From Patescibacteria group bacterium (lineage in GTDB: Bacteria > Patescibacteriota > Minisyncoccia > Moranbacterales > UBA1568), in assembly GCA_038062975.1 (NCBI GenBank), contig JBBTWC010000017.1, positions 1 to 51,090 on the forward strand: a stretch of DNA of 51,090 nucleotides, read 5' to 3'. The notes under the pieces were generated by a model, which worked only from the letters and a program-made list of their open reading frames with translations, searched no databases and was not told the origin of the DNA. A program made the translations under genes and the position numbers. This document shows positions 46,011 through 51,090 of this stretch, piece by piece. Positions within the stretch are counted from its first letter, which is position 1; every line of letters begins with the position of its first letter.

Positions 46011-46053
46011 AAAAATCTCCGTACCAACATGTTCGTCAGTACGGAGATTTTTT
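46011..46053. terminator. Bidirectional rho-independent terminator
   Basis: AAAAATCTCCGTAC, a 14-nt loop, GTACGGAGATTTTTT. It lies 19 nt past the stop of 46072..46671. Confidence 0.8.
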
Positions 46054-46071
46054 GGGAGCCCAGGTTCGGGC

Positions 46072-46671
46072 TTAGTGCGCCAGTTGGTTCCGGCGACGGA
46101 AAATGAATTGGGTGTCCGACGGGAACTCGTGGTGCGCGTCGAGAAGCGTGCCACACAGCCAACGATCGCCCTGGAAGCACGAAATGCGAGGCATCACGTA
46201 CTTCCCGTTTGAAAGAAGGAGCGGCTGCGTTGCCACGATGAAGTTTTCCCCTTCCGGTTGGTCTTCATAGTTCTGACGCAGGATCGGCGACGCATCCCCC
46301 GGGCAGAACTCGAACGAAAACTTATCCCAGGCTCGATCGAAAATCTGATCGATCCGAGCCGTGAAGACAAATCCGAGATCCCACACGGATACCCTTTCGA
46401 AGCTGGCCACCTCTCCTTCCGGGGAGATGACAAATTCCGAATGATGAAACATGTGGCGTGCCCAGTAATTGACACGGTTACCCGAGCGAAGAAGCACGGG
46501 TTCGAACTGGCTCGGCTCTTGGATAAGGCCAAGCTCAGCGGACTTCCATGACCTTTGCACAAGTTGGAGCGAAGGACGCAAAGCGCGTTCCCCTTCGCGG
46601 TTATGGAACAAAGAACTGGTTGGTTCCCGAGATTGTTCAAGCGGGAGCCCTTCGAGCATGGATTGCGCCAT
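46072..46671 (-). CDS. Orphan hypothetical protein (199 aa) in GC-rich islet 4
   Basis: It has a GAGGAG RBS, its own consensus promoter and its own terminator. G+C is 34/60 at 46261-46320. I recognised no motif. Confidence 0.6.
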   Translation of the reverse strand: MAQSMLEGLPLEQSREPTSSLFHNREGERALRPSLQLVQRSWKSAELGLIQEPSQFEPVLLRSGNRVNYWARHMFHHSEFVISPEGEVASFERVSVWDLGFVFTARIDQIFDRAWDKFSFEFCPGDASPILRQNYEDQPEGENFIVATQPLLLSNGKYVMPRISCFQGDRWLCGTLLDAHHEFPSDTQFIFRRRNQLAH

Positions 46672-46798
46672 GTCGTTCTCCTCATTGTAATGCTAGTAGG
46701 CTGTCGGAACCGTACCAGGCAGTCCTAGCCAGAAAGCTCTGAAATATCCAGGACCTTTTGGCTGAGGCTGACTCAAAGAGAAACTGACTATATCTTAT

Positions 46799-46827
46799 AT
46801 TATACACCTTTTTTGGTGATTTGTCAA
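46799..46827 (-). promoter_or_regulatory. Perfect-consensus sigma70 promoter for 46072..46671
   Basis: Minus strand reads TTGACA (46827-46822), exactly 17 nt spacer, TATAAT (46804-46799). The implied leader is about 120 nt. Confidence 0.75.
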
Positions 46828-46887
46828 CATAAGAAAATATCTTTTGTCAAGCAATATGAAGAAAAATCGTTTTATAGCGACCCTTCT

Positions 46888-47703
46888 TTACTCCACTTCT
46901 TCATCTTCTTGTTCCTCTTGCTTTTCCTCTTCTTCGTGGTCATCTACATCTTCTTCGTCATCTCCTTCTTCGTCTCCTTCTTCGTCCTCTTCTCGTACAG
47001 TTACATTCTTCCACTCCCGAATTTCTTCCGCAGTAAATGTATCTTCGTCTTCTTGCTCTCCAATAACCTTAATAGATTTCCCCGAAGAAAGTTCTACGTC
47101 TTTGGAGACAGATGTTTCTTCATACTCAATCTCCCAGGTCTTCCCGTTGAGATCTTCAAGCTGTATCTCTTGCTCGTGTGTTTGAGTGATCTCCCCTCCC
47201 AAAAGACCCCGCTCCGGATCTGACCATTGGCGATTCTCTCCAGGAAAAAGTTCGTCGCTCAGACCTTCCGAGTGCGGAAATGAACGCATGAAAAAATGCT
47301 CCAGAGGTTCATCGACAGGAGAATCTTCTATAAGATATCCCCCCACAGCTGAAACAAAAAGGAAACATCCAAGTATCGGTACCCAAGAGTGACGATACCC
47401 TCGCTTCGTCCGCTGGAAAAAGAGAAGCGCTCCTCCAAGGAAAAAAATCAAGAAGAGGAGCCACAAAAGCGGGACTCCTGAAAGCAAAGTATCGTACCAA
47501 GAAAATTGAGCCTTCTGGTAAGCATCCCAATCAATCTCTACAAAAATATGCACAGCCAAAGCCGCCATCAGTCCGGCGAGAATAGAAGCCGATACAGAGA
47601 TTATCCAAAATACGACATTAGAAATCGTCCCCTTCCACCTTGCTTCGGGACGGATCTTCTCTTCTCGTATTTTCTCCAATGTTTTTTCGATGAGGGTAGA
47701 CAT
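46888..47703 (-). CDS. Candidate membrane anti-sigma factor with poly-acidic C-terminus
   Basis: The start is taken at MSTLIEK, 5 nt from the sigma gene stop. It has several TM helices and the tail REEDEEGDEEGDDEEDVDDHEEEEKQEEQEDEEVE. The role is assigned from position only. Confidence 0.5.
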   Translation of the reverse strand: MSTLIEKTLEKIREEKIRPEARWKGTISNVVFWIISVSASILAGLMAALAVHIFVEIDWDAYQKAQFSWYDTLLSGVPLLWLLFLIFFLGGALLFFQRTKRGYRHSWVPILGCFLFVSAVGGYLIEDSPVDEPLEHFFMRSFPHSEGLSDELFPGENRQWSDPERGLLGGEITQTHEQEIQLEDLNGKTWEIEYEETSVSKDVELSSGKSIKVIGEQEDEDTFTAEEIREWKNVTVREEDEEGDEEGDDEEDVDDHEEEEKQEEQEDEEVE

Positions 47704-47707
47704 AGAT

Positions 47708-48301
47708 TTATTCAATACTTTCAAGTTTTTTCAAAAGAAGCGCTCGCCCCCTCCGGATGAGTGTCGCAACCGAACCCTTTGGTTTTTTCAAAATATCCAT
47801 TATTTCCTCATAACTCCGATCTTCCAAGAAGCGCAAGATGAGTACCTCTCGATACTGCAACGGAAGATTTGCAATAGCCTTTTGGACACGGGCACTATCT
47901 TCCTGTATCTCAAGTGTTTTCCCGATATCCCCTTCTGAAGAAAGAATCTTGGTAGCCTCTTCAAGTGGAAGCGCAGAAAAAATCGGACGAACGCGCTCCT
48001 TACGGATAGTGTCAATCGCCTGATTATGAGTAATACGGTATATCCAGCTAGAAAATTTCAAATCCCTATCGTAATCATTTAATGCTCGATACGCCTTGAT
48101 AAAAGACTCTTGAAGAATATCCACTATTTCTTCCTCTCCCCAACCCGTAAGCCGCATGAGATACCGCTTCAACGGCTTCTCATACCGTGCCATAAGAATA
48201 CCAAAAACTTCCGGATCTTTCTTGGCGGCCTCTATCAATTCCTGATCGCTCCAAGAATCAGTGTTTTGGGCTACTGGCACGGGTACTCCTAACTCCTTCA
48301 T
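47708..48301 (-). CDS. ECF-type sigma-70 family RNA polymerase sigma factor
   Basis: Region 2 is DILQESFIKAYRALNDYD...FSSWIYRITHNQAIDTIRK. Region 4 is LPLQYREVLILRFLEDRSYEEIMDILKKPKGSVATLIRRGR. Confidence 0.88.
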   Translation of the reverse strand: MKELGVPVPVAQNTDSWSDQELIEAAKKDPEVFGILMARYEKPLKRYLMRLTGWGEEEIVDILQESFIKAYRALNDYDRDLKFSSWIYRITHNQAIDTIRKERVRPIFSALPLEEATKILSSEGDIGKTLEIQEDSARVQKAIANLPLQYREVLILRFLEDRSYEEIMDILKKPKGSVATLIRRGRALLLKKLESIE

Positions 48302-48379
48302 AAGAGAGTGTATGATGAAAACTTTTCAGAACAAGAAGCGTTCTACTGTATGAACTCCTAAGATGTCTCATTCTAACAT

Positions 48380-48760
48380 ATGAATACGAAAAAAATTATC
48401 ACTCGGTTCCTTATATTTACTCTTGCTGGCGTTGGATTTTTTGGTCCATTTGCCGCAGTCGTTGCGGTAGAAAATAGCAAAAAGGCAGAGAAAATAGTAA
48501 ACGAACAGCAAGAAAACGAAGAAGCTCGACTTCAGTACCTCTCGGACCTCGCAGCTCAAAAAGCACATCTCACTCAGTACATGACAGATGCCAAAACAGA
48601 ATACGAGAAACTCCTTCAGGACCAGCCAGCTCTTATTGCCGCCAATCAGAAGCAAGTAGATCAAAAAACTACGGTACCCGTGGTCACAAAGAAAGCAGTT
48701 ACCAAACCAGCGACTACGACCAGTAAACCCAAGAGTTCATCGAAAACAAAAACATCGTAA
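48380..48760 (+). CDS. Secreted/anchored hypothetical protein
   Basis: It has an N-terminal hydrophobic segment, a helical middle and a basic Thr/Lys/Ser tail. Confidence 0.55.
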   Translation: MNTKKIITRFLIFTLAGVGFFGPFAAVVAVENSKKAEKIVNEQQENEEARLQYLSDLAAQKAHLTQYMTDAKTEYEKLLQDQPALIAANQKQVDQKTTVPVVTKKAVTKPATTTSKPKSSSKTKTS

Positions 48761-48762
48761 CT

Positions 48763-49251
48763 ATGAAAACACCTCTTCTTTCACGCTTTCGATTTCCTTT
48801 CGTCTTTGGCTTCGTAGCAGTGCTTTCGTTTGCCTTTATCTTGTTACCAATTTCGCCAGCACCCCTTCTTCTCCAAACTGTTTCTGCAGAAGAGGATGAA
48901 GACGAGGAAGAATATGAGGATGAGGAGGAAGATGAAGAGGAAGATGAAAAAGAAACCACCACTTCTAGCTCAAAAAAAGCAGAAACAGTCATTGTAGAAA
49001 CGGTAGAGTACAAGGAAGTCACTAAAACAGTCACTGTCCTCAATCCTGGATACGACACTGACAAGGATGAAGACGGACTTGTTGATGCGATCGATCCTGA
49101 TCCCGAAAAGCACCAGAAAGAATACTTTACTGATACTGATGGCGATAGCGTGCCAGATGCTTTCGATCAGCATCATGATGAAGATGATTTTGCCTATCTT
49201 GAAAACGAAACAGATGAAAACAATAACGGAATACTCGACTCCTATGAATAA
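48763..49251 (+). CDS. Secreted acidic protein with thrombospondin type-3-like calcium-binding repeats
   Basis: A signal-like N-terminus and a poly-Glu/Asp run are followed by DTDKDEDGLVDAIDPDPE and DTDGDSVPDAFD. Confidence 0.6.
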   Translation: MKTPLLSRFRFPFVFGFVAVLSFAFILLPISPAPLLLQTVSAEEDEDEEEYEDEEEDEEEDEKETTTSSSKKAETVIVETVEYKEVTKTVTVLNPGYDTDKDEDGLVDAIDPDPEKHQKEYFTDTDGDSVPDAFDQHHDEDDFAYLENETDENNNGILDSYE

Positions 49252-50179
49252 AAATACTTCTCTCGATTGGTGTAGCATCACAAAAAAGTCCCAAGAAAAA
49301 ATAATGGGTACAGATATTTTCTGTGAAATCATTTGCGAGCCAGAGGAACGTGGACTCGCGAAAAAAGCGCTCGAGGAAGCCTTTGATTTTTTTACATCTT
49401 TCGAAAAACGTTTCAGTCGTTTCAAAACGCACAACGAACTCTGGGAACTCAATGAAAGTGAAGGAGGAAAAGTTTCTCATGAACTGTTTGCGCTCCTCAA
49501 AACAGCCCGGCAGTACTTTTACGAAACCAACGGACTCTTTGACCCAAGCATCCTTCCAGCGCTTGAAAGCGAAGGGTACGCTGGCGCGTATCAAAACATA
49601 CCAGGAGAGAAACAAAGCTTTTCTGATCTCATTCTCGATACCATAAACGAAACAGCTACGAAACCACAGGGTCTCAAAATTGATCTGGGCGGTATCGGAA
49701 AAGGATTCGCTGTCGATATGCTTGTCGCGACACTCTCGAAACACTTTGATCATTTTCTTATCGACGCTGGAGGAGACATCTATCTCCGGGGTGCCAACAA
49801 AAAAGATGGCTATTCGTTTTGGGCAATAGACATCGAGAATCCTCTCGAGAAAGAAACATCTCCTGCCACGCTCCTCCTTCGTGATACTGCCGTAGCAACT
49901 TCTGGAATCAATCGACGAAGCTGGGAGAAGGATGGGGAACAAAAACACCACATTATCGATCCACACACTCAAAAAAGTTCACTTTCAGATCTTGTCACTG
50001 TCACTGTCATTGCTCCAGAGACAACCCGGGCTGATATCTTGGCGAAAACACTCTTCCTAAAAGGAAAACAAGCTGGACTTACATTTGCAAATACCGAGCA
50101 CATACCAGCAGTCTTTGTCGATCAAACTGGAAAAGCATTTTTTTCTCATGCAATGAAACCCTATGTTTGGAAAGCCTAA
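49244..50179 (+). CDS. apbE: FAD:protein FMN transferase (ApbE family)
   Basis: IDLGGIGKGFAVD, DAGGDIY and TSGINRR are family motifs. The ATG at 49244 overlaps the upstream stop. An alternative start is MGTDIF. Confidence 0.85.
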   Translation: MNKNTSLDWCSITKKSQEKIMGTDIFCEIICEPEERGLAKKALEEAFDFFTSFEKRFSRFKTHNELWELNESEGGKVSHELFALLKTARQYFYETNGLFDPSILPALESEGYAGAYQNIPGEKQSFSDLILDTINETATKPQGLKIDLGGIGKGFAVDMLVATLSKHFDHFLIDAGGDIYLRGANKKDGYSFWAIDIENPLEKETSPATLLLRDTAVATSGINRRSWEKDGEQKHHIIDPHTQKSSLSDLVTVTVIAPETTRADILAKTLFLKGKQAGLTFANTEHIPAVFVDQTGKAFFSHAMKPYVWKA

Positions 50180-51041
50180 ACTCATCCAACACATTTTCTC
50201 ATTTCTCGTAGTACTCACACTCACGCTCCCTTTGGCTACTCATGCTGCCATAAAAGACACGGATGTCGACGGACTGACTGATCAGGCAGAACAAGAGATA
50301 TACTCTACGTCACCAGAAGAATACGATACCGACTACGATGGCATATCTGATGGACAAGAAGTACTTGCCGGTACCAATCCACTGATTACCGAGATCAATC
50401 AACCAAAGGGACTTTCGTCTCCCGAAACTCCCCTTGCTTGGTATATTGGACGCGCCAGCGGAATCCTCGCCTTTATCCTCCTCACTATCGTTGTCGTAAA
50501 CGGACTCCTTATTTCAACACGATTGGTATCACACTTCTTCCCTCCAGCCCTCAACTATGAAGTGCACCGTTTTGTTGCCTGGGCCGCGCTCCTTGCAACC
50601 ATCGGACACTTTGCAAGCTTTACGTTTGATAAATACCTGCACCTCACATGGATCGAAGCCCTGATTCCATTTGTGCTTCGTCGTGATTTTACTTCTCTCT
50701 TGGGAATAAATCTCAGTTGGAGTATAGGAATAGGAACGCTTGCCTTTTACATGATTGCTACGCTCATCATTACTTCCGAGCTCAAAAACAAATTCATCTC
50801 GCTGAAAAAATGGCGTTCACTCCACTATATGAGCTTTGTTGCCTATCTTCTCTTTCTGGGACACGGGATATTTGCCGGATCAGATTCCACAGCCTGGTGG
50901 ATGATTTGGATCTATTCTCTTTCTGGAACTCTTGTACTCACACTCACTGCGACTCGCATATTTCTGGCCATCAAGAAGAAACCCCTGATTCCGCGACCCC
51001 TTCCAAAAGCCGTTCCGCCATCCGTCCGTCCGGGTGTATAA
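50163..51041 (+). CDS. Ferric-reductase-like transmembrane haem-binding domain protein with N-terminal TSP3-like repeats
   Basis: DTDVDGLTDQAE and DTDYDGISDGQE are followed by about 6 TM helices with spaced His residues (HRFVAW...GHF, HYMSF...GHG). It overlaps the apbE stop. Confidence 0.6.
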   Translation: MFGKPKLIQHIFSFLVVLTLTLPLATHAAIKDTDVDGLTDQAEQEIYSTSPEEYDTDYDGISDGQEVLAGTNPLITEINQPKGLSSPETPLAWYIGRASGILAFILLTIVVVNGLLISTRLVSHFFPPALNYEVHRFVAWAALLATIGHFASFTFDKYLHLTWIEALIPFVLRRDFTSLLGINLSWSIGIGTLAFYMIATLIITSELKNKFISLKKWRSLHYMSFVAYLLFLGHGIFAGSDSTAWWMIWIYSLSGTLVLTLTATRIFLAIKKKPLIPRPLPKAVPPSVRPGV

Positions 51042-51090
51042 TAGAAGCGTTATCTTTAAGCTCTTCTTATGAAAAAATCTCTTCTTATAG

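Noticed and set aside
45265-46212. 315-aa + strand ORF spanning the EVE gene and two intergenic regions
   Set aside because: It runs antisense through a clearly recognisable EVE-domain gene and across a terminator hairpin. Its low-complexity translation looks spurious.
46498-46507. GGGTTCGAAC, resembling a tRNA T-loop
   Set aside because: The flanking bases cannot form a T-stem (ACGGG versus TGGCT). No acceptor or anticodon arms are present, and it lies inside a supported ORF. I found no tRNA anywhere in the window.
48302-48379. Strand switch from minus to plus genes as a possible replication origin
   Set aside because: The gap is only 78 nt. I saw no dnaA gene and no DnaA-box cluster, and only 3 kb of + strand genes are visible. 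A divergent promoter region is the simpler reading. A whole-contig GC-skew analysis would be needed.

Overview
This 51-kb window looks like a small, streamlined bacterial genome. Gene content resembles Patescibacteria/CPR, but that is my inference, not a search result. Up to 48.3 kb almost everything is coded on the minus strand (exceptions: two + strand genes at 13453..13761 and 30046..30576), then orientation switches to plus.

Recognisable content:
- A type IV pilus block: pilM/N/O-like genes, three pilin-like genes and pilC.
- Nucleotide excision repair genes: uvrA, a short uvrC, a second uvrA paralog and uvrB.
- A very AT-rich type I restriction-modification operon (hsdM, an unknown ORF, hsdS, hsdR). 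The unknown 354-aa ORF is PIN-like and translationally coupled on both sides.
- A PIF1-like helicase, a cold-shock protein and a DEAD-box helicase with a long leader.
- An ECF sigma / anti-sigma pair next to a secreted-protein / ApbE / ferric-reductase-like cluster.
- Many small conserved-domain genes.

The most unusual features:
1. The PIN-like ORF wired into the type I R-M operon.
2. Four GC-rich islets (13.3-15.3 kb, 17.4-18.0 kb, 20.9-22.0 kb, 46.0-46.9 kb) holding seven orphan ORFs. Five fall into two paralog families (two and three members). Most have their own near-consensus sigma70 promoter, strong RBS or terminator.
3. A perfect 40-bp palindrome in an orphan AT-rich intergenic region.
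4. A uvrA paralog that lacks the insertion domain.

I saw no rRNA, tRNA, CRISPR array, transposase or integrase. All family assignments come from motifs I read in the translations. None has been confirmed by a database search.
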